NCBI RefSeq assembly: GCF_036321535.1 | Contig: NC_087436.1 | Coordinates: 98,210,001 to 98,274,000 of the forward strand | Length of the DNA stretch: 64,000 nucleotides | Source of the DNA: Camelus dromedarius | Lineage: Eukaryota | Direction: 5' to 3' | In this document: positions 25,963 through 37,899 of the stretch, in pieces | Layout of the letters: each line of letters opens with the position of its first letter | Numbering within the stretch: the first letter of the stretch is position 1 | Made by a program: the position numbers and the translations under genes | Notes under the pieces: generated by a model | Told to the model about the DNA's origin: nothing | Database searches by the model: none | The model's input: the letters and a program-made list of their open reading frames with translations, nothing else

Positions 25963-27721
25963 TTTCACCTTGTAAGATACATCTCAACTTAGTAAATCAA
26001 TTTATTTCTAAACCTATTGCATAAATTACAATATTTGGAAAACTTTTAAAATAATGTGGAAGGGAACATAGAGTATAAGACTCCAATCTATGCTCTTTCT
26101 TTTTTTTTTTTTTAACTCTCCATCTCACTTGCAAGAGACAAACTGTTTTCATAAGCAATGAGTTTGTGATTATTTTTTTCCTGCAAAAAATAACAAATAA
26201 CACTGAAAAACTGTGCTCACATTAAAAGGTTACAGAGTTTTGGCAAGCTACACCACTTTATTGGCTTTCTTCCCATGGAGGATAATACTGAGGTACATGT
26301 TAATTCTTCTTGGCATCAATTCTGTTGATTTTAGCTTTGGAAATACTATCTGTTACTGTTAAGTCAAGATGTCACTACTACATGTGTCTTGTTTCTTCTT
26401 GGACAGAAATTGTTTTTAGTTATAATGGCAAAAATAATCACGAGAACCACACTGAATAAGAAGAAATATGACCAATACCATAAAGTATTTTTCACTTGGC
26501 ATCATAATTCAGAGATTAAGGATATCAGAAGCGAGGCAGCAGGAAAATAGTCTAGTGAAGGCAGCAGCATGGTATTATCATCATTTAGCAGTGTATGTTG
26601 GGAGAGGGTTCAAAAGAATTAGGAATCATTGTCACTATCCCTCTGAGCCTACTAACAAAGAGAAAGAAAAATTTGGAATTCATATTTATAAATCCAAGGG
26701 AATGATATATTATGCAGAATCTACATGCAAAGGAATATAAGAAAACATAAATGGGAAGTGAAAATACTATTTTGAGAGATGAGAAAAATAAGTTGTGGAT
26801 GATTCTTATTCATTAAGAGATGCTATATTTAAGCAAGTTTTAAAAAAATTCATGATTCATGAAACAATTGGTCTGCTCAGAGTTTAAAGTGGGCAAGGTA
26901 TCAGGGGATGGTAGGACGGAGAGATTTCTCAAAGATACAGGAAAAAAAAAAGAATAAGTTATATTTTAAAAATCCAAAAAGAAAATAAACACAGGGAGGT
27001 TTTAAGGCTGTTGAAGAATAAGTCAAAAGAAGGACAGTCCCAGTAATGCTCTGACATCTGAAACCTGAGGTATCCTCTCCCTGGGTAGTCATTCTTTCTC
27101 ACACTAATTTTTATCTTTGAGCCATAAACTCTGTGCTGTTGATTTTTATCCTGAATCTGATCAATGTCTGACTAGCTTTGGAAATTTTAATCTATTTTAT
27201 CTCTCTCTCTTTTTTTTCCTGCTCTGTAAACTAAGAATCTCTGTTCTTGAAACTTTTTATGAATTTAATTCCTAGCTACTCATCAGTTTGGCTGCCTGAT
27301 TGTGACTTAGACTTGCTTCTTATGTAGGGTTAACCCAGAAAAAAAATAACTCATTGAAAAGACAACAAAGCTTTTCCCTTGAGAACAGTTATATCTGATC
27401 AGAATCAAAAGGAGAAACAGACAGATTTGAAGTCAACCAGTGCCAAACACATGGAAATTCATTTGCAGAAATACCGTTATATTATCAGAGAACTAGTTGA
27501 TGTGTTAAATTTACTTTTCACTCTTTTAAAAATCTTTGATTTTGGAAATCAAAGTACATATTTACAACCTAAAATTCAGCCATTCTTAATTCTTTCTTTC
27601 ATAACACCATTCATATCAGGATTCCCATTAACTTTAGATCTTCAAGACATACTGCAGAGCATATATTCAGGATAACTAAAAAGCAGCTTACACAAAGAAA
27701 TTACCTACATTGGTCAAGAAC

Positions 27722-28700
27722 TGTGAAGTGTTTTAGATTTTGCCCTATTTGCATGCCAACAACTTAGTATGCCTCACTTTCCTGAAAGCTGATAGAAGAC
27801 ATGGGTCTCCCGGATCAGAGAAATGGCAATTTATTAATCACAGCAATGGCAGTAAGCAGTGTATTATCAATTTTATTGGTTCTCTTGTTACCCATTAGGG
27901 AAACAAACAAATAAACAAAAAACCTGATTCATGTCTTAACCGAAAGGTAAGATTTATAGATGGGAGATGGAAAGCATTGTGTAGCAATAAGATTTTAAAA
28001 GTTTATTTAGGAAAAGAATAATATGCTGACAAGAGCAGGAGGTGGGCTGATTCAAGGAGCAATTGTGGTGTTCTCTGTCTCCTGTTTCTCTTATACCTAC
28101 TCTCTTAGACATGGTCTTTTGATTGGTTGACAGCTATTGTTCCTGGAATGCTTAGTCATGTTTAATCCCTTTGAGCATGTACTTACCATGGTATGCATAG
28201 AAAAACCCAAAGGGGCAGCCTAAATCGCAATGTTAGTTACAATACAATGAACATCAGGTCATGTCCAGTTAAATCCTTTGGTTAAGTCCTTTTTGCTACG
28301 GTGAGGTTGTGGCTGTCAGGGTCTAACCTGTTTCTTGCTGACACTCATGTGGGAGAAGTAAAGTCCCTTTATGCTGGAGGCGGGCATAACACCATCTTCC
28401 AGACCATCCTTCTCTCCTCCACCTATCTGTCCAGTGCCCCGGCTTATCTAACTACCTAACACTCCAATCCCCAGTTTCTAAAGGGCCAGAGGATACTTAC
28501 ACACACAGTGAGTTTCATTACAGGAGGCAGACCCTGAGATTAGGAACCCAAATCTTTTGTAATGGTAGTGAGAATGTCTGTCCTCTGTTCTGGAACGAGA
28601 TAATATCTCTGCACCAGTTCACTATATGCATCTTAAAAAAATAGTCTGAAAAATTAAAGTAGTGCCTCTGGTCTAAGATATACAGAAACATAAAAAGCCC
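27722..28700 (-). mobile_element. ERVL-class LTR (MER54/74-like) split by a nested LTR
   Basis: tgtgaagtgttttagattttgccctatttgcatgccaacaacttag...gatcagagaaatggcaatttattaatcacagc; resumes after 28461. Confidence 0.65.
27886..28461 (-). mobile_element. Nested ERV1-class solo LTR
   Basis: TGTTA...TAACA inverted termini, 4-bp TSD ctct/ctcc, antisense poly(A) signal gtttatttagg. Confidence 0.75.
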
Positions 28701-29044
28701 ATAGAGAGTTATCTCCCGTCATAAAGGTGAGGGAATATATAGAAGGAAAGAAATGTATTTTTTGTTATTGTTAATTAATGTAATTTACTATACTCAGTTT
28801 ATACTGGAGGGGAGAGTATTTTAGATATGTGTTTCTCCTTTAAAAATTCATCATTTCAGAGAACTAAAGAATTGTTTAGTCTTAATTATGAACAGGAAGT
28901 GTTTAGTTGTTACTTAAATATTTAAAAATCATGAGGAAACAAAATGACTTTATACTTTATTTGCAGGCTAATACCTGTATTGTTTTAAGGCACTAAGAAA
29001 TGTTCACTTGGATTGTGCTTAATTTCTAGCCACGTGGATTGCGT

Positions 29045-29180
29045 TTCCAAAACTTGGCAGATTCCCATGCTCTGCCCTATTTCTACTAGATTGAAATCTC
29101 CAAGGGTAGGCCTTGGGAACCTGGATTTTTAGCAAGTACACTAACAGATTCTGATAATTAGAACAAGTTGGGAAACTGGC
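29045..29180. mobile_element. MER5A-like hAT-Charlie element
   Basis: gcagattcccatgctctgccc...gaaatctccaagggtaggccttgggaacctggatttttagcaagt...gattctgat...gttgggaaactgg. Confidence 0.75.
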
Positions 29181-29339
29181 TCCGAGAAACGGAATTTGTA
29201 GCTCCATCTCTGTTAACTAAATAAAAAGAATTGGGTCTCCCATGTAAATAATTTAAACACTAAAATCCAAGTGTTCTTCATCATAATATCTCACATTCAT
29301 TAAGCTCTGCCCCTCTGGTAGATGTTAAATACGTTAAAT

Positions 29340-29515
29340 ATATTAACAAAGTGACCACTCATACCCACCCAACGAAGGCAGGGTAATGTTGTCACATCCA
29401 TTTTCTTGATTGTGGAGTGAGTTCAGTGAAGATAAGTAATTTGCCTAAGGTGAAAAGCGGAGTAATGGACGCTTGAAACCAGGTTGCTGATGCTGGAGTC
29501 TGAGCTCTTCCTGTC
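29340..29515 (-). mobile_element. MIR SINE
   Basis: aagtaatttgcctaaggt...cttgaaaccaggttgctgatgctggagtctgagctctt. Confidence 0.65.
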
Positions 29516-29714
29516 TTAATTACTTACTTGCATCTTTAAATTTTGAACAAAAATATCATCCATCTTTGCTTCTTTGTCTAAGCCCATCCAGACATTATAA
29601 TAAGGACCTGCTCTTTAATTGTCCTTCTATTCCTACCTCACTCCAAATCTTAAATGTTAAGTACACTAAGAAATACAAAAGAATGGCCTGTTCTTAAAAA
29701 TTATGCTGTCATTT

Positions 29715-31402
29715 TGTTAGAGCAGGCAGATAGATATGAGCAGAGAAAGAGGGGCACGGGCCAAATGGCAGGAAGCCATACAGCTTGTGAACAAGGGAGG
29801 TCCTTGGGCAGACAGAGAAAAGCAGGAACCTCTGGACTGACAGAGAAATCTTACATTTTGAGGTGACAATGTCACCACAAAGAAAGGTGGGAAAAGGCAG
29901 GAATCTCCAGCATCTGAATGTAACCTTTAGCTCATTGAGCCCTCATTACAATAAAATTAGACTTACAGATTAGAAGTACCTATCATGCACTGACACCATG
30001 ACACTTTCAATTGAGACTAAATAAGGACAAAAATCCCTCCTCCCCTTGGGAAGGCAGAGTTCGAATGGAAATTGGGGAATAGGACCCCAGGCCCATCCAT
30101 CTCCAATGTATATTCCACTTACTCATTTTTTTTCAGCCATACATTCTTTTTAATGATATTAATATATCCCTAGAGATAACAGTAAAGCTTATTTTTAATT
30201 AGGTAGTATTTTATTAAACTGAACAAAATTTCATGTTAGTTTGAACACCATTTTCAAGAATTAAATAGTAATTACAACCTCGATAAAGAGGGTTTTGATA
30301 CTGGTCAAATACTAGTTTTAGGATGATGGAAGCATCATCTACTTGTGTGGTTTTTTTTTGTTGTTGTTTGTTTCTTTGTTTGAAAAGTGTGTATTGATAT
30401 TGTGCTATATATTTCTTTCTTTTTTTAGAAGTATAGTCAGTTTATAATGTGTCAATTTTTAGTGTACAGTACAATGCTTCAGTCATACATGAATTTACAT
30501 ATATTCATTTTCATATTCTTTTTCACCTACTACAGGACATTGAATATAATTCCCTGTGCTATACAGTATAAACTTATTTATCTGTTTTATATATACCAGT
30601 AAGTATCTGCAAATTTCGAACTCTCAATTTATCCCTTCCCACTCCCTTCCCTGCTGGTAACCATAAGTTTGTTTTCTATGTCTGTGAGTTTGTTTCTGTT
30701 TTACAGATAAGTTCATTTGTCTTTTTTTTTGGATTCCATATATGAGTGATATCATACATTTTTCTTTCTCTTTCTGGCTTACTTCACTTGGAATGACATT
30801 CTCCAGGGCCATCCATCTGGCTGCAAATGGCATTATTTTATTATTTTTATGGCTGAGTAGTATTCCATTGTATAAATATACCACACTTCTTTATCCAGTC
30901 ATCTGTGATGGACATTTAGGTTGTTTCCATGTCTTGGCTATTGTAAATAGTGCTGCTGTGAATACTGAGATGCATGTGTCTTTTTGAATTAAAGTTCCCT
31001 CTGGATATATGCCCAGGAGAGGGATAGCTAAATCATATGGTAGGTCTATTTTTAGTCTTTTGAGAAATTACCATACTGTTTTCCACAACGGCTGCACCAA
31101 ACTGCATTCCCACCAATAGTATAGGAAGGTTCCTTTTTCTCTGCACCCTCTCCAGCATTTATCATTTGTGGATTTTTGAATAATGGCCATTCTGACTAGT
31201 GTGAGGTGATACCTCATTGTAGTTCATTTTTAAACTTTATGTAACCAGCTTCCCAAAGAAACTCAGTTATAGCCCTCATCTGAGTCTACCTGCTCTCCCC
31301 TTGAGAGCATCCTATCACTTAATAAATCCTCATTTTACTTTTTTGACCTTCGTGTCTCTGAATTCTTTCTGTGAGGAGACAAGAACCTACTCTCTGGCAA
31401 CA
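29715..31402 (+). mobile_element. ERV1-class solo LTR interrupted by an L1 insertion
   Basis: TGTT...AACA termini, TSD attt/attg. The 3' part (31232-31402) has aataaa and gaattctttctgtgaggagacaagaacc. Confidence 0.8.
30412..31224 (-). mobile_element. 5'-truncated L1 (3'UTR plus ORF2 C-terminus)
   Basis: ORF 30624-30884 (KIMPFAARWMALENVIPSEVSQKEKEK) is the L1 ORF2 tail; T-rich tail at 30412-30426. Confidence 0.93.
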
Positions 31403-33099
31403 ATTGTATTGTGCATCTATGCCATAAGAGGTTCACATGCTAATAGCATTTTACTTTCATTTTACTTATCTATGGAGAAGAAAGATAACCCGTTCTGGCA
31501 GTATTAGATTTCTTATAGGAAAATTCCAAATTTATTTTTCATGCTTCACCTGTAACATTAACCTAATTACAGCATACAAATGTAGCTCTGCTAATATTTT
31601 CTTGTGTTTTAATGGTGCTTCAACTTCTGACTACAGGCAGATTCTTTGAAGGTGGCATTAAATAAACCATTCTTGTCAGTGGGGGTTTTGAATGTGGCTC
31701 AAGGGCTCCTGGTACACAGCAGAGAGCGACTAAATATGGTGAAAATAAGCAAATGTTGCACAGATGCTCATAGCTGACTTCTTGGTTTCCAACTTATTAA
31801 ATGGTCTTTTTGCAAATCTATAGATCGTTATTCATGCAGATTCTCTATCAAGAGTGCTTCAATTGAGGCTGCCTACTCTGAGTTAATGAGAAAAGTCCTA
31901 ATTAAGCTAGCCATATGTTCAATTGCATTTATAAATGGAAAAATAGCCCTTTTTTTTGCTGCTGATACTACCATTGTTGTCATCTCCTGCTGCTGTGGGT
32001 GTCACTGAAGCAGTTAGTGTTTCAACAGTCGCCTCTCGTACTCCAGCATGTTCATTCCGGGCCTGCACTCTGTTTCATGAGATATTCTTGGCACGTGCAG
32101 CTGAATGCCTGCAACTCTTGCTTATGAAAATATCTTTCTAGAGATCTGTGTCTGTATTGAATGCAACTATGTCTTCAATTTTGCCTTGGGGATATAGATC
32201 TCGCAGTGCTGCCAAAACATATTCTTCCTTTTCAAGCATTTAATCTATTCTGGAGCAGATGGAGAGCCCAGGAGTCAGGATTGCCCTACATAGCCCTTGT
32301 CCCTTTTGCTGTGATATTTGGGCTTCTTTGGGGGCCTTTTCTCTGTGCAGGTGCAAAACATTTGTTTGAGTCTGTATCGTTGAAAGTCAGGTAAATACTC
32401 CAAGTGTAAATGTGCGCTCCCTTGAGCCTAGAACTGCTTAGAGGAACTTCCCGTGCCTAAACATTTGAAAACTGTAGAATAAAATTTTCTAATTTCTTCA
32501 TGGTATCAGACCAATGTTTAATAGTATTACATTATGCATTTATTTATTCTACCTTGTTTATTCATCTGATAAACATATACCGTGTACCTGTTACGACCTT
32601 TATATTTTCTGGGGAATTAAAAGAACAATTAACATCTGTTTGCAAGGATTTCATAGCCATAGTCATCAGTGATTTTTGCATACATATATATATATATATA
32701 AGTTTTGTGACACTAAACATACTTAACTATATTAGACATATGTAACTAACAGACTTGGATAACTCAGGTGCATTATCTAAATAAAGAAAAGGAAAATATG
32801 CTTATATAAATATAGTGACAGGTGATAAGTATAATCGCAATAATGAGATGTTTCATTTTAATTTTTTGTATCTTTATCAAACTACTTATTCTTTCTCAAA
32901 TTTATTGTTATACAATATGGGATAGAGAAATTTTTGCATTTTATTTTCTGATATTGTTATCCAATTGAATGATAACTGTCAATAAACTTTGTCACTCACT
33001 ACACTAAAGTAAATTAATACCTGTAGATTTTACCTGACTGCTTAGGATATTTCAACTGAACTATTGTATCAACTGCAAATGATGAAACTTTTGTTTTCC

Positions 33100-33520
33100 A
33101 TTGGTTCCCCAGGAATGAGACTCTTAACATGGAGCTTCAGATGCAGGAAGACTATTGGGGAGTGCTCTAGAGATCAGCAGGAGAGGGAGGGTGTAGAGGA
33201 AATAAGACTGGTCAGAGTGAGAAGTTGAATCTCAGTGCAGTCTTGACAAAGATGTTTGGTGACCCTTTGATTCCGCGAGGAGTTGAGTGCCAGGATGACT
33301 TTTCATCGATGTCTCTCCTTGGTGCAAGAGGGACAGGCGCATACAACTTGGCATTGACCAACCAATGCAGGATGCTCTGGGCAGGCGTCATGGAGAAATA
33401 TCTTTTTCCACTTGAAGCAATTCCTGAAAGCCCTTAGCCGCCGGCCCACCCAGTGGCGGGGACAACGAGCTCTACAGTGCTGAGGGAGGAGTTTGAGAGG
33501 CAAGCTACAGCCTCCACTAT
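33100..33520 (-). mobile_element. ERVL LTR (LTR16/LTR33-like)
   Basis: ggttccccaggaatgagactcttaacatggagcttcagatgcaggaagactattggggagtgctct...gagaagttgaa. Confidence 0.7.
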
Positions 33521-33549
33521 AACAGCTTACACTTTTCAGTTATAAGTTT

Positions 33550-33890
33550 AATAGCTATTTACTGATCAAATACTACTTATCAGGTACTCTTCTAAGTACT
33601 GAAGATAAAACCATGAACAAAGCAGACAAAAGTCCCTGACGTTTGGGGGTTTATTGAATAGGAGAAAACACTTATACAAATTTACCGTGTGCCAGGCATG
33701 ACTCTATTTTACATATATTCACACATCTAAGTTAAAAAATATGAGTGAAGAACTAATATTATATCTGATTTACAGATGAGTTAACTAAGCTTTAAATAAG
33801 ATAACTCACATGTCTAATAATATATCTAGTAACATTTGTCCAGATTTGCACCAGGGATTCCTGGCTCCAGATACCATGATCTCAAACTCT
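33550..33890 (-). mobile_element. L2 3' fragment followed by MIR
   Basis: tactacttatcaggtactcttctaagtactgaagataaaaccatgaacaaagcagacaaaagtccctg; then tgtgccaggc...tttacagatgagttaactaag. Confidence 0.7.
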
Positions 33891-34037
33891 GAAATATGTA
33901 CTCTTCTTTATTGCTGAGGTTGTATGCACTTTATGATATTTTTTTTCCATTTTTTCCTGTGATTTGAATTGCTAAACAATTTTAGTATTTTATCGATCTT
34001 TTCAAAAATGTGCTCCTAGATGTTATCAAATCTACTA

Positions 34038-34239
34038 CAGTTGACCCTTAAACAACATGGGTTTGAACTACACAGGTCCACTTAGAAGCAGATTTTTTTT
34101 TTTTTTAATTTTTCACTAGTAAACACTATAGTACTACATGATTCCAGGTTGGTTGAATCAGTGCATGTGGAACCATGGAGATGGAGGTATCCGAGACGGG
34201 TCCTGCAACCAACTCCCTCGGATATCGAGGGATGACTAT
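34038..34239. mobile_element. MER8-like Tigger DNA transposon
   Basis: cagttgacccttaaacaacatgggtttgaactacacaggtccactta ... gggtcctgcaaccaactccctcggatatcgagggatgact. Confidence 0.85.
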
Positions 34240-37074
34240 GATTGTTTCTATAATTATTTTTGCTTTGCCATTATTTTTAACTAAACTGATTGATAGATGT
34301 CATGAAACCATGTCTTTTGGATCTTCCACTGCAGGAAGCATGATCAACTGACAGTAGTCTTTACACCTAAGTCACACCTTCAGTGGGCAGCCCCAGACAG
34401 TTGCTGAGCACTGTGGGATATTAGTGCTGGCCCATTCCTGCAAGGTAAGGGACTCCGAACTTGACTGCTCCCCATTGTTAGGCGAGTGATGAAAATGAGA
34501 AGTACAGCCTAGGTAGTATGTATGGTGGAGGCCCTGAATTTCCATGTAAGAAAATCTGATTGCTCTAATAAGTTCATAAACTTTCAGCATTTAATTCCAT
34601 AATGTATTATAGATATTACTCTTTTATTTAAAATTTGAAAAAGTAACTAATTTACTAAATTATAGGAATTTTGTTTTTGCATTTCAAAATGTGACACCAC
34701 AGCCTAAAAATGCCATGGAAATTTATCTCTAATCCACAAGAAAACTACCTGGTTGATATTCTTGGGAATATTTCCTTGTGTAATCAAGATTAGGTAACTC
34801 TTGTCAAGAAAAAAGAGACAGAAATTTTATATCTGAACCAAAGTCATTGTAATATTCTGTTAATCCGTTCTCTTTTCCACGAGTAATGTTCACCACTTTG
34901 ACACTATTTGAGCATCCAATTGTGTAAAAATGCAGAGTTTCTAAAAGAAAATAATAGGAGCCTACTTTATTGAAAATTACAGTGAACTCTTTTAGAGGAT
35001 TTATCATCTGAGTTCAGAGAATATTGTACACTGGGTTAAAGACCACTCCTTTGGAAAGGAGATAATTTTGGTCTTTATTCCATGGATTTAACCATAAAAA
35101 TTTAGTAGAATAACAATAATTATTTAAAGTTTTAACAATTTGAGAAGCATCCTAGTTCCATTTTTCATTTTTAGGAAGGACTAATATTTGAGCATGATAA
35201 AGACTCACTGACTGATGTAAACTATATCTTCCTTGCTATATATACCTGAACATGTCCTGAAAAGAGTAATCCATTGATTTTTCTGAGTATAATACATTTG
35301 ATTATTTTATTATGGACATCTATCTCCTGGGATTATATTAATCCCATTTCTTTTCAAAGCCAGGTATCAGAGATGATTTGAGTCATGTAAAATTGTATTT
35401 AATCTATTCATTCAGTGCACTCTGAATTTCTTTCTTTCTCAAAAAACATTGAATTTTGAGAAATGTTGAAATTATTTCTTAATGTGTAGTTCGGCCACAT
35501 TATGTGATAACGCTGTTTATCGAATGAGTTAACAATTAAAAGCATAATTTATGTCACAGATTACAATTGCTGTTAATTGTATAAGAAATGGTTTAGTAAA
35601 AAGTGATTGTATATTTTTTGTAAAATACTGGCATAATGATTAATACCAAGGAAAGTTTTTTTAAAAATTACAATCCAGTATAAGGCCCTAATACCAGTTA
35701 ATAAATTTTAAAAATATGGATACAGTTAACCATTTAATTATTCAATATTGTATTAGAGATTGACAGGATGCTTAGGATAACTGCTTACAGAAAAGTAAAT
35801 ACTTGATTAAGTTTTTTGAATCAGGATTCAGGCTATATAAAATTGCTCATGGAGTTAAATGATGATCTGTAAGAATGTTTATTCTATTCAAATTTTATAT
35901 TCTAGAAATGTTTTAAAATGTGTTATTAGAATATAGTATCATAAATATATTTCCATTTATAAATTCAAGTTGTCTATATATGGGATAAAATTTATCAAAT
36001 GTGTTATTTTGAAAGACATTATTTCACAGATTCATATTTTAAAAATGACTGAAACCCAAGTAATCAGCTTTAAGCCATCTCCAAGAGAATAATTTTAATA
36101 GAGTTAAAACAAATTAGGAGAGTAATATAACTGAAAATCTGTTCTTCTTTTGGAAAGTAGACATGATAAAATGAACACTTGTGAAGTTTTATATAAAGAA
36201 TTAATATTTCATCTATTTTGAAGACTTTAAAAAATGTAAAACCTGAAAGTATATAATATATACACGTATCTTCCTTACTAAAGGAAATAGGCTATATAAA
36301 AGTACCTAATTAGTTTGAAACCAATATGAACCCAAATCTGTGTTTTCTTTGGAAATGTGAAAACTTTTAAATGGCATCAACTTAGAAATGCCTTATTTGA
36401 CCTAATAATGTCACAGTTTGCAACATAACCATACTTTTTCCTACCGATATATTGTTTAAATATAATTACTTTGAAATTCAAAGGTGTGCAGAAACTTTAA
36501 CAAGCATAATCTAATCAAGTTTTGAAATGCTTTGCTAGAGTTGACCTTTAAATGTGTATTCTAATCAATAATGAAATTTCATTTTGTACCCTGTAATAGT
36601 ACTCTGAATGGCATTATAGAGTAGTAAGAGAAGGTGCACTGAACAAGTAAGCTTTCAAACATTTTAATACATTTTTAGATGATATTGCTAATGCAGAGAA
36701 GAATATGAAATCTACATGTAAATAGTATTTATGATAAAGTAATAGATTTGAGTTGTTCCTTCAAATTGAGCCTTAATTTAAATAAATATTTTTAAAATAT
36801 ATAGTTCTTTTCTAAATAAACAATGATTTTAAAGTTCTATTAGGAAAATTCAATTCAAAATGATCACTTTCAAAATATTTCTGCTTTTGGCACTTAACTA
36901 AATAAAATAAGCATGACTGAAGTGATGGGATGAAATGGAGAGAAAACCATTTTTTAAAATTTATTAGCTTCAATAATGTCACTATTTTTATGAGTAGATA
37001 ATTTTTTAATGTAGCAATAAAATATGATCAACTATAACTTCATTGCCTTGAGATAATCACCCTTACAATAGTGG

Positions 37075-37119
37075 GATAGATAGATCGATAGATCGATAGA
37101 TAGATAGATAGATAGATAG
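37075..37119 (+). repeat. (GATA)n microsatellite with two GATC interruptions
   Basis: gatagatagatcgatagatcgatagatagatagatagatagatag read directly. Confidence 0.97.
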
Positions 37120-37899
37120 TTTATATTCTGTTTATACTGGGCCATTTGTTGTTAAAAGTAAGATTATTTCCTGAACAATGCTGTTTTACATTAATTCCCA
37201 TGGAGGTGGCTCTTCACAAATCATAACATAATCCCTGCCACATTCTCAGTCAGCATCCTACAGTTAGGATTCAGTTCTTCCAGACAGCACTAATGTTTAT
37301 AAATACTCTTCAGACTTGCATAGAAATTCCAACAATTCAAATTTTTTTTCTAAAGTTTTGCCTGTCCCTGCTATGATTTCCTTAGAGATTTTTTTGTGTA
37401 GCTCTAACATAGGTTTTACATTTAGAATTGTCCTTTGTATCTTTGAAAAAGTTGGAAAAAAAAAAAAAACCGAGCAGCCTGACCATTTGACAGGCACTAT
37501 GGGTCAACAATGTTCCCTCAAATAAAAATTAAGGCAGAAAAAGAGATTGTACAGACATAAATGGCAAAAATCCAGATCCCAGTGAAATCAGATGAGCACA
37601 ATGTAGCAGTCACTGACTGAGAATAGTTACAGTATACAGACTTAATTACACTCATTGGATGAGAATGTACAGTAGAAAGTGCCAAGTTGATTCTCTTTAG
37701 TTAATAGTGTATGACAGCACTCAGAGAATGATAAAAACAACAATGATGTGTATGTACATATGTATATATATACATATATAAATTTAAGGCATATTTATAT
37801 AGGAATAGACTTGGACTAAATTGGTGCTAGTAGGAGGAATGTTAAATAGGAAATGCATGAACACATTTATATGTATGAATATTTATTGTGTACATTGTT

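Noticed and set aside
29862..29876. Palindrome GGTGACA-a-TGTCACC (also near-palindromes at 39260-39277 and 38475-38491)
   Set aside because: Short arms like these are expected by chance in 64 kb, and two of the three lie inside repeats.
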